64,000 bases of DNA from Octopus vulgaris (Eukaryota), in contig OX597814.1 of NCBI GenBank assembly GCA_951406725.2, positions 27,156,001 to 27,220,000 on the forward strand, written 5' to 3'. The position numbers were made by a program, and so were the translations under genes. Within the stretch, counting starts at the first letter, position 1; every line of letters starts with the position of its first letter. Of the stretch, positions 26,149 through 38,071 are shown piece after piece. The notes under the pieces are model-generated. The model saw nothing but the letters and a program-made list of their open reading frames with translations, searched no databases and was not told where the DNA came from.

Positions 26149-27750
26149 CTGAAATTGCAAGAGAAATTACAAAAATTAATCATAAAATGGCAAAAATATC
26201 GACAGTTTCAAACACTCCTATTGTACCTAAACAGCTTTACTGGGTGGCTGGCTGGCTGTTTGAAATGCAGTTTTACTTCCTAGATGAGCCAACGGATGAC
26301 ATTGACCATTCGCAGTATTTCCCAAATCCTTAAAAGTATAGTTAACCATGTTGCTCTCAAGCCATACAAATATTTCAATGTTTTTTGGGGTTTTTTTTAA
26401 ATGTCAGTAAAGAGTTGTTCCCCTTGAATGAGTGGTTTGCGTGTGCGCGCGATAGTGCTACTAGTGGTTCCATTGGAGCTTTGATGTGCTAACTAGGAAC
26501 GTAAATTGTCGTTAAAAATGCAAGAGATAACATCTTGCCATCCTTCAAAAAAAAAAAAACAAAAATGATAATAAGGCACTGAATAATGTAAATTGAAAGG
26601 AAAAAGGATGGCAACAGTCGGATAGACCCTTGATCAAAGATCTACACGTACAGAAGCGACTTGGAGCTAAACAACTAAAACTTAAGAAATGATCTCTGAG
26701 TATTTGATTGATCACCTTCATACTATATCAGCAGAAGCGGAACTTCACACTTCTTTCTAAATAAGTTACCAATGATTCTTTCAAGGTGTGAGATATTAAG
26801 TAAGACTTGACGACTTCATCTGATTTAATTATCTCACTTTATCTTCTACCAGCTCAGCATGATTGAATCTTAGCTGACTAACGTTAGAACCACTGAGTTA
26901 CTTTAACCACCACACAATGACAACATGATGAGCTATTACACTCTTAAAACAAATAACAATACTGTAGCCATCACCTCAAGACAAAAGTCAAGAAAACTTT
27001 TTTGTAAATTGGTAAAAGAAAACTTCAACATTAGGAAGTCTGGAGAGATGAATGGAAGGAGCAACCTCCTAACAGTGGCAACCACCACAGAACAACAGCT
27101 CAGTTTCTATGGTGTAACAAGAAAGCAGTGGATATATGTAACAGGGTGGAGTCAAGACAGTAGAACAGTTGCTAACTCACATCAATGGGAATATGAATCT
27201 ATATTCAACATGGCAGGTATCTCCATAAGCCAGACTACTTCATGTTGCACTGTCCAACCACTTTGATCCCAGAGGAATATGAAACAATCCATGAAGATGG
27301 TGAGGCATAAATATTTGGATTACTATAGCCCCAGGTTAATCAGTCTTGTGAATGGTTTTAGTAGATGGAAATGAAAGAAGCCCATTGTACAATACATATG
27401 TATGTTACTGACTCTTTGTCTTGCTATCATGTGACAGTTGTAAGCAAATGTCGCCATCATGGAAGTGGTGTCTTCTTTCCAATCTTCCCTGTCTAGTCAT
27501 AGAGACGTTACCTTACCTGGAAACAAGGGGGGAGTGGCAACAGGAAGGTCATCCACCTCAGCATAATCTGTCCAACCCATACAAGCATGGAAAAGTGGGC
27601 ATTAAAATGATGATGAAACATCAATTAATTAATAAATAGTTTAGCTTAATCATGTTCCTTTACTAGTACAGGTATTTCTAACAATAAAAATGATCATACA
27701 TTTGGGAGATTTAGAGATAGAAGTAGTTAGATGGATAATAGCAGACTTAC

Positions 27751-27843
27751 TTCAACTTGTTCTGGAGTTGGATCATCTCGAAACCACATAGACTGTACAT
27801 TCCGAGACACTCTTTGGAAGGCATTGATGGAAGTTGTTTTACC
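27751..27843 (-). CDS. JARID2: JARID2 exon (pre-JmjC)
   Basis: ttccag| and GAA|gtaagt, 93 nt, phase 0 to 0. GKTTSINAFQRVSRNVQSMWFRDDPTPEQVE. Confidence 0.93.
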
Positions 27844-30017
27844 CTGGAAGTTTTAAAGATTAAAAGATATTGATATGTACATTAAAATTTTTATGCGTTG
27901 ATTCACAATTCATACTTTCATGGAAATTTTTATTTATACAGCAAATACCAAATAGAGATGTATCTTGGTATATTGGATATAAGGTGCAGGCGTGTCTGGC
28001 AAAAAGCTTTGTTTCCCGACCACATGGTTCCAGGGTCAGTCACATTACATGGCCCCTTGAGCAAGAGTCTTTAAACCAACCAAAGCCTTGTGAGTGGATT
28101 TGGAAGATGGAAACTGAAAGAAGTGTCATGTGTGTCTTTGTATCTGTGCCCCACCACCACTTAACAACTGTTGGTTTGTTTACATTCCTATAACTTAGTG
28201 GTTTTGCAAAAGAGACCAATAGAATAAGAACCAGGCTTTAAAAAAAAAAAAACCCTGGAGTCAATTTGTTCAACTAAAAACTCTTCAAAGTGGTGCCCCA
28301 AAATGTGCTGCAGTCTAATGGACTGAAACAAATAAAAGATTAAAAGACAAATGAAAAGAGTCTACTTCTAGCTAAATTGCTGACAAATTCCAGAACAGGT
28401 AAATGGGATGAACATTTATAGATTATTTAGGAGAAAATTGATAACAAATAGTGTGTTGTGGCTAACAGTATATTTACTTAGTTATTTTGACAGAGAATTT
28501 ATACAAAAGTTTAATGCTGGATATTGCTTACATTTAAATCTGAACAGTTACTTCATAACTGGTCATGGTAAGAACACTGTAGCAAGTATATTGCTCTACC
28601 AGAGTGGTTGGCATTAGGAAGGGCATTCAGCTGTAGAATGCCTTGCCAGATCAGATTGGAGCCTGGCGCAGCCTTCTGGCTTTCCAGTCCTCAGTCAAAC
28701 CGTCTTAACCTATGCCAGCATGGAAAGCAGACGTTAAATGATGATGATGATGATGATGATAATCTAGTAACTTAAACAGTGGTTTTATGAATATTGTAAA
28801 ATATCAATTTTCATAAAATTACTAATATTCCAATGAGAAAAGAAAAGAATTTGATCAACAAAATTTATGAACTAAAAAAAGAACTATAAATCTTGTGTCT
28901 TACTCTCACATAGGAATACATCAATATTGATATTTTTTCATGTGGATGTGAGTATACTGATAGTTTCCACATTATCAAATTCATTTTCCTGCTCCATTCC
29001 CGTCTTTCTCAATGTGTAGCAATTTTTTAATATTGATACATTACAATGAAATTCCAAATTGTATCAATGAGAAAAAGGAGAAAAAAAAATTAAATAGTAA
29101 CCTTGCTATACAGCAATTACCATAACTTATATTTCTATAATTTAGTTTGAAAAAGAAAGGTGGTGTTTATTATATTTGCAGACCAATTTAAATTGGTGAA
29201 GTGAATGTAATCATTTTCCAGTTTAAACTTCCTTAAGTTGTTACCAATAGGGATAAAAACATGGTTTGAAAGGAAATTCTAGATACTTGCAAGTGTAGCA
29301 ATAACTGATTCAGTGAAGTATTTACTATAAAGCTTGATGAATAATCCACATTTAGGATTAGGAAAAGGAGATGCAGGTGCACTTAAATTGTGGCAGTGAT
29401 AGAGAGCTTGTTTGTTAGTTCAGGAGAGCAAGGAAGAAGGGCCAAGTACAGTAGAGGTAGAAAGGAGGATGGCAGTGAGCAAATGGCTGTAGTGTTTTGG
29501 TTAATAAGGTATTCTTAATTATGTGAAAGACCCCTGCTCCTCAACTTTTTTTGTTTTTGTTTTTGGAGGGAGGAATGTATACATGACTAGCAGCTGTTCT
29601 CTCCCAGGTATATGAGCAGAATTCAGCTGAACTATTTGAAGACAAAGTCAAAAATGCACATCAAGAACTATACTTCATTATAGAAAGCAGTAAAGTCACC
29701 ACAAAAAGTCATAAGAAATTGTTAGGAAGGCATTTGTAAAGGTCTTTAAATAATGTAATAATTATCAAATTAAAATATTGCTGATGTAGGAAAATAAGAG
29801 AATGACAGAGAAACAAATAATCACTGCATGCAAAAGGGCTTGCTGCTTTCCCTTTCGTTATTTAAACATTAACTGTACTAACTTCAAACAATTAATCATC
29901 CCAAGCTCTAGTTTAAAGAAGTTCTAAAACAGGTAAGTGCAAACTCCTTTCTTCTCGTGATTATTTAAAAATAGCAATAAAAACAATGCAAACTGCAAAG
30001 CTTGCTCTTCCCATTAC

Positions 30018-30209
30018 CTTTGCAACACAACAATCTATGGTGTCTTCTGTGTGTTGCCGAGACATTCCATTCTGTCGTTGCTGTAGTTGTTGCAAACGTT
30101 CGTCTGTTACTTGATGCAAAATTTTCGTCTTTTCCTCTTCAGAAAGCATTTCATAAGAGAGCAGATATTTGCAGTAAGCATTGTAGAGCTTTGTAGTCCG
30201 ATCCTGGGC
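30018..30209 (-). CDS. JARID2: JARID2 exon, ARID end
   Basis: tttattag| and AAG|gtaatg, 192 nt, phase 0 to 0. AQDRTTKLYNAYCKYLLSYEMLSEEEK...DCCVAK. Confidence 0.93.
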
Positions 30210-30316
30210 CTAATAAATTAGACAGAAGGGAAGAAAAAGTTATAAATAAACTCTAAGACTAAACCATTGATAATAAAATAGTCTGAAACAAATGAAAACT
30301 GAAAAGCAATACTTAC

Positions 30317-30442
30317 TTGTTTTGGAATTTTAACCATATCAGCTACTTTGCTCCATTTCTTCTTATCCATTACATTCTGTAGTCCTCCATACTCTTTGAC
30401 ACTCAGGTACAGACGAGCTAAATCTAATTCAATGCCACCAAT
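30317..30442 (-). CDS. JARID2: JARID2 exon, ARID core
   Basis: tttcaag| and CAA|gtaagt, 126 nt, phase 0 to 0. IGGIELDLARLYLSVKEYGGLQNVMDKKKWSKVADMVKIPKQ. Confidence 0.95.
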
Positions 30443-30565
30443 CTTGAAATTAAAAAAAATTATTATTTAAATGTACATTTCATGAATACAATTGGCAAGA
30501 GTTTTGATCTAAAGTTACATATTGGAACAGAGATTGTATTTTAGAAAAGCCATCACACACACACA

Positions 30566-31833
30566 TGTGCCAGTGCCACATTAAAAGCACTCATGCCAGG
30601 GTCACATTCAAAGTAGTTGTATTGGTGCCACACTCAAAGCATTCATTGAAAGCACACATGGCAGTGCCACGTTAGAAGCACTTGTGCTGGTGCCACGTTA
30701 GAAGCACTTGTGCCGGTGCCACGTTAAAAGCACTTGTGCCAGTTCCACGTTAGAAGCACTTGTGCCAGTTCCACGTTAGAAGCACTTGTGCCAGTTCCAC
30801 GTTAGAAGCACTTGTGCCAGTTCCACGTTAGAAGCACTTGTGCCAGTTCCACGTTAGAAGCACTTGTGCCGGTGCCACGTTAAAAGCACTTGTGCCGGTG
30901 CCACGTTAAAAGCACTTGTGCCAGTTCCACGTTAGAAGCACTTGTGCCAGTTCCACGTTAGAAGCACTTGTGCCAGTTCCACGTTAGAAGCACTTGTGCC
31001 AGTTCCACGTTAGAAGCACTTGTGCCAGTTCCACGTTAGAAGCACTTGTGCCAGTTCCACGTTAGAAGCACTTGTGCCAGTTCCACGTTAGAAGCACTTG
31101 TGCCAGTTCCACGTTAGAAGCACTTGTGCCAGTTCCACGTTAGAAGCACTTGTGCCGGTGCCACGTTAGAAGCACTTGTGCCGGTGCCACGTTAGAAGCA
31201 CTTGTGCCAGTTCCACGTTAGAAGCACTTGTGCCAGTTCCATGTTAGAAGCACTTGTGCCAGTTCCACGTTAGAAGCACTTGTGCCAGTTCCACGTTAGA
31301 AGCACTTGTGCCAGTTCCACGTTAGAAGCACTTGTGCCAGTTCCACGTTAGAAGCACTTGTGCCAGTTCCACGTTAGAAGCACTTGTGCCAGTTCCACGT
31401 TAGAAACACTTGTGCCAGTTCCACGTTAGAAGCACTTGTGCCAGTTCCACGTTAGAAGCACTTGTGCCAGTTCCACGTTAGAAGCACTTGTGCCAGTTCC
31501 ACGTTAGAAGCACTTGTGCCGGTGCCACGTTAGAAGCACTTGTGCCGGTGCCACGTTAGAAGCACTTGTGCCTGTGCCACGTTAAAAGCACTTGTGCCGG
31601 TCCCACATTAAAAGCACTTGTGCCAGTTCCACGTTAGAAGCACTTGTGCCAGTGCCACATTAGAAGCACTTGTGTTGGTGCCACGTTACAAGCACTTGTG
31701 CTGGTGTCACATAAAATATACCCAGTACATTCTGTAGAGTGGTTGGGTGTTAGGAAGGGAACCCAGCTGTAGAAACCATGCCAACTCTTGTCAAATGGTC
31801 CAACTCATGCCAGCATCGAAAATAGATGTTAAA
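30566..31833 (+). mobile_element. RTE-like LINE 3' end hosting the minisatellite
   Basis: The array runs into gagtggttgg..ttaggaaggg..ccagctgtagaaac...catgccagcat..gttaaa, the shared 3' end of this family. Confidence 0.75.
30662..31710. repeat. 26-bp minisatellite (~40 units, AGTTCCACGTTAGAAGCACTTGTGCC and GGTG/AAA variants)
   Basis: Direct head-to-tail repeats with no spacers; degenerate units extend left to about 30566. Confidence 0.97.
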
Positions 31834-32189
31834 TTTAGACATACAAGTATAAAAAAAAGTTAATATATAGCATATAAATATTTAAAACAAGTTTTGATTA
31901 AAACTTTATAACAAGTTTTATTGATTACTTACACCCCATTCTGAAGTATGAAAAAAAAACAAATCAAAATACTTCCACACCTCACTAGTGGGGGTGTATG
32001 TCCCAACTTGAGAAAAACTAACCTACTGAGAGTTGTTAGGTGCCACTGACAGACATCATATCTTGTACTTGTGGTTGAACTTGAATTCAGCAGCTCTAAA
32101 ACAGTTAACTGCCTTGCACATAGATGCGTTGCAAGAGTGAGTGCTTGTGTATATATTTATGACTGTGTGCTTGCAGGTGTGAGTATTGT

Positions 32190-32204
32190 GAGAGAGAGAG
32201 AGAG

Positions 32205-32252
<48 letters not shown>
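32190..32252. repeat. (GA)n(GT)n microsatellite
   Basis: Direct reading. Many other (TA)n, (CA)n and (ATT)n tracts occur, e.g. near 1643, 2963, 24351, 48907, 56638 and 57675. Confidence 0.95.
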
Positions 32253-32256
<4 letters not shown>

Positions 32257-32314
32257 CGCTTAGTGTATGTCTTTTGTTTGAAGGGGCTTAATAGTATTTG
32301 AAAGGATTATTTAC

Positions 32315-32396
32315 CAGTGGAGGTTCAGTCAATTCAATGCCAACCGAGGAAAGATGTTTCTTTATGCATTCCATCTGCTGTATATTTGGACCCCAT
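32315..32396 (-). CDS. JARID2: JARID2 exon, ARID start
   Basis: tatag| and CTG|gtaaat, 82 nt, phase 2 to 0. [28 protein letters not shown]. Confidence 0.93.
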
Positions 32397-32635
32397 CTAT
32401 ATAATTATAAGAAAAGAAAACAGGAATTTTAAAAGGTAATATGAGACACTTTGAATTATCAAAATGTTAATGAAGTTCATAATAATAAAAAATAATAAAC
32501 ATGTATCATCATTGCCATTGGTGCTGGCATCATCATCATTTGACTGTGGTAGCAGATGGCCATCATCCTTCTCCACCCAGCTCTCATTATCAAATGTAGT
32601 TGTGACTGGGGGGATTAGTACTGCACATTTTAGTA

Positions 32636-32708
32636 GCCCGGCTAGCTCAGTCGGTAGAGCACAAAACTCTTAATCTCGGGGTCGTGGGTTCAAGCCCCAC
32701 GTTGGGCG
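32636..32708 (+). tRNA. tRNA-Lys(CTT), probably a pseudogene
   Basis: GCCCGGCTAGCTCAGTCGGTAGAGC...CTCTTAA...GGGTTCAAGCCCCACGTTGGGCG, 73 nt, followed by TTTT at 32717-32720. The anticodon stem CAAAA/TCTCG has two A-C mismatches. Confidence 0.85.
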
Positions 32709-32720
32709 AGTACTTCTTTT

Positions 32721-32874
32721 ACTACACTCTCAGAGTGGTTGGCATTAGGAAGGGCATCCAGCTGTAGAAACTCTGCCAGATCAGATTGGAGCCTGGTGCA
32801 GCCATCTGGTTCGCCAGTCCTCAGTCAAATCGTCCAACCCATGCAAGCATGGAAAGTGGACGTTAAATGATGAT
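32721..32874 (+). mobile_element. RTE-like 3' end directly downstream of the tRNA-Lys
   Basis: actacactctcagagtggttggcattaggaagggcatccagctgtagaaac...gttaaatgatgat. Confidence 0.8.
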
Positions 32875-33778
32875 TGGCTGAATTTGAATTTAAAATGCTA
32901 TGACTTGACACAAATACAAAAAGGTATCTCACAGAACATTTTAACAATTCTGCCAATCTACTGCCACAGACTGGCACCTTAATTAGCAGCAGCAGCAGCC
33001 ACCACCACCACCACCACCAGAAGTTTCCAGGGTTTTACAGCTCATTACTTTGTTGTGCAGTTTCAGTTTGTAATTCATGTAATCAATAGTCTAGTACTTA
33101 AACTCACAATCATTATCACTTAATTAGTTATCTAAGAGAATAAAAGGTAACATTTAATTGTCAACTTCCATTTCAACGATCATTACGCAATGTCTTCCAA
33201 CATTTTTAAGCCCAGCTGTTCACATTAAAATGCATTGCAGATTGTTTGCAATTTGTGACATTTGATTTATGTGAAGTTTTTTTTACAGATATATGTTGAA
33301 TGCACAAATAAAAGCAACTGTAGAGTAGCAAAATATGTTGAACTTAGTAAGCTGAAATGCAAGAGAATAGAAAAAGCTCTCTTGGTTGCGTGAAGAAATC
33401 AAGGTTTGTTCCCCCATCACATACACTGTTATTTTAATTTTTTTTTTTTTGCCTGATGACTAAAAATTATTGGTATTAATTATTGGTACTAAATTATTGC
33501 TAAAACTATTTGGACTTTGAAAACCCACTTTTTTAGGAAGAATTTTGAAAGTTGGAAGAGAGAGAAATGTAGAAGACCATAGCAAAGATTGCATTCATAC
33601 GAAACGAACTAAGCTTCCATTGAAGTAAATACTAATAACACATCAGGAGAAATATCGTAAATGTTGAATACATTCATTAGAATTACAATTAAAACATATA
33701 TATATATATGCATACCCAATATATTTCTTATACACACACACACACACACATATATATTATTGTAAATATATTACTTAC

Positions 33779-33849
33779 CGATTTAACATTTTGTGTATAT
33801 ATTGCACTTGGCTTGTAAATCTCATTTCTTCATTAATACAGCTTTCAAG
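33779..33849 (-). CDS. JARID2: JARID2 exon (JmjN-ARID linker)
   Basis: ttttag| and CG|gtaagt, 71 nt, phase 0 to 2. LESCINEEMRFTSQVQYIHKMLNR. Confidence 0.93.
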
Positions 33850-33974
33850 CTAAAACAAGAAAAAAACTTGTTATTATGCTATCATAATCTATGTGATGGG
33901 TGAAATATAGAAATTGATCAAATCTTTTAAGTGATAATAAATAAATGCATGCCAATAAGGTATATATATATATA

Positions 33975-34492
33975 TATATATATACATAAAACTGTAGTTG
34001 CGCGAGTGTCTGTCCCCTTCGATTTAGATTCCTAACTACTCCCACATTTTGCGGTGCAGTTTAACCAAATTCCGGTATCTTACAGTCGTGATTCATATCG
34101 AGCCCGTCTGGGTATTAGCGCGCGTCTACGATGAGTCTACAATTTTAAAAATAATTTAACATCATTTTTTATTCCATTTTAATGCATATTTTTTCGTGTG
34201 TCGATGGCGGCGGAGTTGGCATCCACGCTCAAACACCTGCACCTGTGTTGCTTCTCCCCCTTCTTCCCTCCCTCGTGAAGCTGTGGGGAAGGGAGTGTAA
34301 GGAAACCAACGTCGTAAAGCGTTGTCAAGGAGACCAGCGTTCTTTTAGAACAACGACTTCATGGCTTGAAGACACCAAAACAGAAATGGCTAAGAAAGCC
34401 AGAATTGGCATCTATAAGGGAAGTAACTCTCTAAAAATGCTTATATAGTTATTTCCCTTACAAACCCGAGCAACGCCGGGCGATACTGCTAG
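33975..34492 (+). mobile_element. Non-autonomous Helitron
   Basis: 3' hairpin cccg-agcaacgc-cggg 8 nt before a terminal CTAG followed by T; 5' end lies in a (TA)n tract; no TSD. Confidence 0.75.
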
Positions 34493-34843
34493 TATATATA
34501 TATATATATATATAAAAAACTAAACAGCTACTGGAATTAATTTTTGTTAAAATTCATTTGTCACTAATTTGCTAATTATTGTTGTAATAAAGTGCTGGAT
34601 TAGTAGAAATTGTAACTCTACACTTTCCCAGTATTTAGCTCTCTCTTTCTCAGGTGGAATTTGGAAGAATCATTAATGAACAGGACAAAATGCTTGGCAG
34701 CATTTCTTACAGCTCTTTACATTCTGAGTTCAAATGCCACTGAGGTCATCTTCACCTTTCATACAGAACCAAACTAAAATAATGTGAAAACATCCAGCCT
34801 GAGGTTCTGCTACAGAGATGATTTACAAACCTACAAAAATATG

Positions 34844-35149
34844 TGGAGGCGCAATGGCCTAGTGGTTAGGGCAGTGGACTCGCGGTCGTAGGATCGCGGT
34901 TTTGATTCCCAGACCAGGCGTTGTGAGTGTTTATTGAGCGAAAACACCCAAAAGCTCCACGATGCTCCGGCAGGGGATGGTGATCCCTGCTGTACTCTTT
35001 CACCACTCTTTCTCTCACTCTTTCTACTGTTGGCCTGCTCGCTTAGCCAGCGGGGTGGCGTCATTCGAAGGCTAAAACAATGCGAATGCATTGTGACCAG
35101 CGATGTGTAAAACATCTGATGGTCTGGTTGGTCACATGATCACGTGATG
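34844..35149 (+). mobile_element. tRNA-derived SINE (head H1, tail T2)
   Basis: tRNA-like head ggaggcgcaatggcctagtggttagggc..ggttttgattccc; 11-bp target-site duplication acaaaaatatg. Confidence 0.85.
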
Positions 35150-35494
35150 ACAAAAATATGCTTTCCTAATTTAATGAAACAAAAATGTAGTTCTCTATGA
35201 ATGCTGAAGTACTTTATTCCTCAAGAACATTCCAATGTGGCAAAAAACAGAAACAGTACTGGGTCAGAATGAATGTCAGTATTTATTTACTTCCCTTCAG
35301 ATTCTGAATTTGATTACCATCACAGTCAATTATTCCTGTCATCTTTCTGGGAGAACACGACTATCAATCATATATCAAGATCAGTTTAATTGATGATACT
35401 CACTCTTCTGGTAATTTAAAAAAAAATCAATATGGCAGCAGAGATATGGAAATATAAGAAGATAAGGAAACCAAAATATAAAGCCATGCAATAC

Positions 35495-35700
35495 CTTCCA
35501 TGAAGCTGGGGGTACAATTTTGCACATTCCAAATGGTTCGGCTTGTGTTTTGACAGATTCTATGTAGGCTAAGGGGTCTTGAAATTCTTCATCTGACGGA
35601 TAAAAAATTGGAATGTCCACAATTTGTGCTGGTTCTCCTTCCTCTGGAAAAGAATCACATTTAACTTCTTCTTCAGAACTTTGTTCAGATTTCTTTCCAA
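35495..35700 (-). CDS. JARID2: JARID2 exon, JmjN domain
   Basis: tacag| and AAG|gtattg, 206 nt, phase 1 to 0. DIPIFYPSDEEFQDPLAYIESVKTQAEPFGMCKIVPPASWK is a canonical JmjN. Confidence 0.95.
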
Positions 35701-35932
35701 CTGTATTAGAAAAAAAATATATATATATAAAAATAAAGCATAGAAATACATTGTTAAGATTTATTCCTTACATAGACAAGACCTTCAGTTTACTGAGAAG
35801 TGAAAGGTAATACTGTGGCATTCTTTTTTTTTTTTTATTGCATCCTCAAAAACATAAATAAATGGAAACACATCCTGCACATTGCAATGTTGATCACACG
35901 TAACCAAAATCACACGCAACCAAAATTTATAG

Positions 35933-36263
35933 AGCTGCCAGCCTCGTCTGGCACCTGTGTCGGTGGCACATAAAAAACACCATCCGAGCGTGGCCGTCTG
36001 CCAGACTCGTCTGGCACCTGTGTCGGTGGCACATAAAAAACACCATCCGAGCGTGGCCGTCTGCCAGCCTCGTCTGGCACCTGTGTCGGTGGCACATAAA
36101 ATCACCCACTACACTCTCGGAGTGGTTGGCGTTAGGAAGGGCATCCAGCTGTAGAAACACTGCCAGATCTGACTGGCCTGGTGTAGCCTTCGGGCTTGCC
36201 AGACCCCAGTTGAACCGTCCAACCCATGCTAGCATGGAAAGCGGATGTTAAACGATGATGATG
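35933..36263 (+). mobile_element. RTE-like 3' end with three ~63-bp internal tandem units
   Basis: ctgccagcctcgtctggcacctgtgtcggtggcacataaaa repeated three times, then the family 3' end and (GAT)n tail. Confidence 0.8.
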
Positions 36264-36571
36264 ATATATAGCAAATTGAACTAATCCACTTACCATAGAT
36301 GATTCCCCCCATCCCCTACAGTAGTGCCCATGATTTTTCATTTTTCAGGACCTTCCAAGAGAAAGGGAAATATCCTGAAACCAAAGAACTGGCTCCAAAT
36401 GCTTACAACCAAGGACAGTGTGGTTCAATGTTAAACCAGGTAATGAAGTAAAACATAATCAGAACTGAAGGATTTTATTTGTTCAAATAAAATCCTTCAA
36501 GACAGTGTCCCAGCATGGTCGCAGTCCAATAACAGAAACAAGCAAACAATAAACGATATAATAATACTCAC

Positions 36572-37517
36572 TAGGTGGTCTTCCACGGCGCTTTTCATAC
36601 GAAGGAACATTTTCTTTTGGTTTAGGATTTTCATTTGAAAGCTGTGGTAATGATTTGGAAGTTGTGTCTGTTGCAGGAGTCACTGAAGCCACGCAGTTCT
36701 TCTTACCACGTCGCTTTTCTATGATTCGAGCTAGTTTCAGCTGCTCTCTTGTGGGCATTCTAAGTTTCATCATTTTCAGAATATTGAGTTTCTTTTTGTC
36801 AGAAATACCAGAGTTAATTGCCTTTATGGAGGGTGAAACTTGATTGAGTGATTGTGAATAATGGTGCGAAGATGCTAAGTGATGATTTGAGGTGTTTGTG
36901 GAATTGGTCAACTGTGTGAGAGAAGGTGTACCAGAAGAAGTTACGGTTGGCAAAGGCACTGCTGAAGATGGCAGTAATGTAGGAGAAGATGGGCCAACAG
37001 TAGACTCTTCTTGAGCTGTCTTGGATCCTTTTAAACCAGATGATTTAACTTTGTTTTCAACATCAATAGCTGCTCGTTGAGCCAACAAAGAGAGGCGTTT
37101 TGAAAACCGGGATGGCTGAACCCTTGACTGGGGCTCTATAGTCCGTGATCTTGGTACTAAAACATACTGTCCTCGTTGCCTTCTATTTGAACTGGGGTTA
37201 CCAGTGTCTCGACGAGTCCTGCTCCTAGAGTGAGGTTCAGTTGTAGTGGATAAGTTATCCTGTGCATTTCTCTGCTTTCGCACTTTGTTTTTCAGTTTAT
37301 CAATTTGACTAGACTGCAGTTTATTACGTCCTCTATGTTTTCGTCGATTAGGCACATTTTCAGAGAGTTTCTTCAAAGGCACCACAGGTAGAACACTATT
37401 GGAATGGCTTTTTTGTGAAATGACAGATGTTCTCAAGGATTTCCCATGAGTCTGTGTTTTGCAAAATGGTTTTTGGGACTGAGCACTGTTATTATTGCAG
37501 TAGGAATTGTTGGAGTT
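36572..37517 (-). CDS. JARID2: JARID2 largest exon (basic and Ser/Thr-rich disordered region, C-terminal AT-hook-like KRRGRPP)
   Basis: tttgtttcag|AAC and CCT A|gtgagt, 946 nt inside the 347-aa ORF, phase 0 to 1. Confidence 0.9.
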
Positions 37518-37619
37518 CTGAAACAAATTTCAAGATTTATATCTTAATGTGATTCCAGTAACTGGAAGATGGTTATTTAATTTTTTTACTTACACATTGA
37601 GAAGAAAAGAGATGTACAT

Positions 37620-37760
37620 TAGCATGGGTTGGACGGTTCAACTGGGGTCTGGGAAGCCAGCAGGCTGCGCCAGGCCCAGTCTGAACACTGCCAGATCAGA
37701 CTGGGCCTGGCGCAGCCTTTTGGCTTCCCAGACCCCAGTTGAACTGTCCAACCCATGCTA
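37620..37760. repeat. 65-bp inverted repeat (hairpin) derived from an RTE-like 3' end
   Basis: Arms 37620-37684 and 37696-37760, 62/65 complementary, 11-nt loop. Confidence 0.95.
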
Positions 37761-37855
37761 GCATAGAAAACGGACGTTAAACGATGATGATGATGATGAT
37801 GATTGTCAGTAGTTCATATATCCAAAAAACACTCACTCTAAAACATCAAAAAGAA

Positions 37856-38071
37856 ATATATTTAGAAGGTTGATTGTTATAGCTGGTCAGAGAGTGACCA
37901 TTGGTTTTGCACCTATCAAGCAGTTAGCTGCATAGGCGACTCATCAGACTCAAATGGCCAGAAGTACATAAATTCTGGCCACTCTGATAAGTCACCTACA
38001 TAGTTAAGCGCTTTATAGATGCAAAACCAATGTCCACCCTCTGACTAGCCACAACAAACAACCTTCTAAAA

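Noticed and set aside
30662-31710. CRISPR-like array
   Set aside because: Units are contiguous with no unique spacers, there are no cas genes, and the context is a eukaryotic intron; it is a minisatellite.
32636-32708. Fully functional tRNA-Lys gene
   Set aside because: Two A-C mismatches in the 5-bp anticodon stem; kept as a probable pseudogene pending tRNAscan-SE.
34844-34920. tRNA gene at SINE heads (also near 42395 and 18800)
   Set aside because: tRNA-like A/B boxes continue into repeat bodies with target-site duplications and lack a proper acceptor stem; these are SINE heads.
36483-37526. 347-aa ORF as a stand-alone single-exon gene
   Set aside because: It is bounded by canonical splice sites whose phases fit the neighbouring JARID2 exons, and its listed start is not an ATG.
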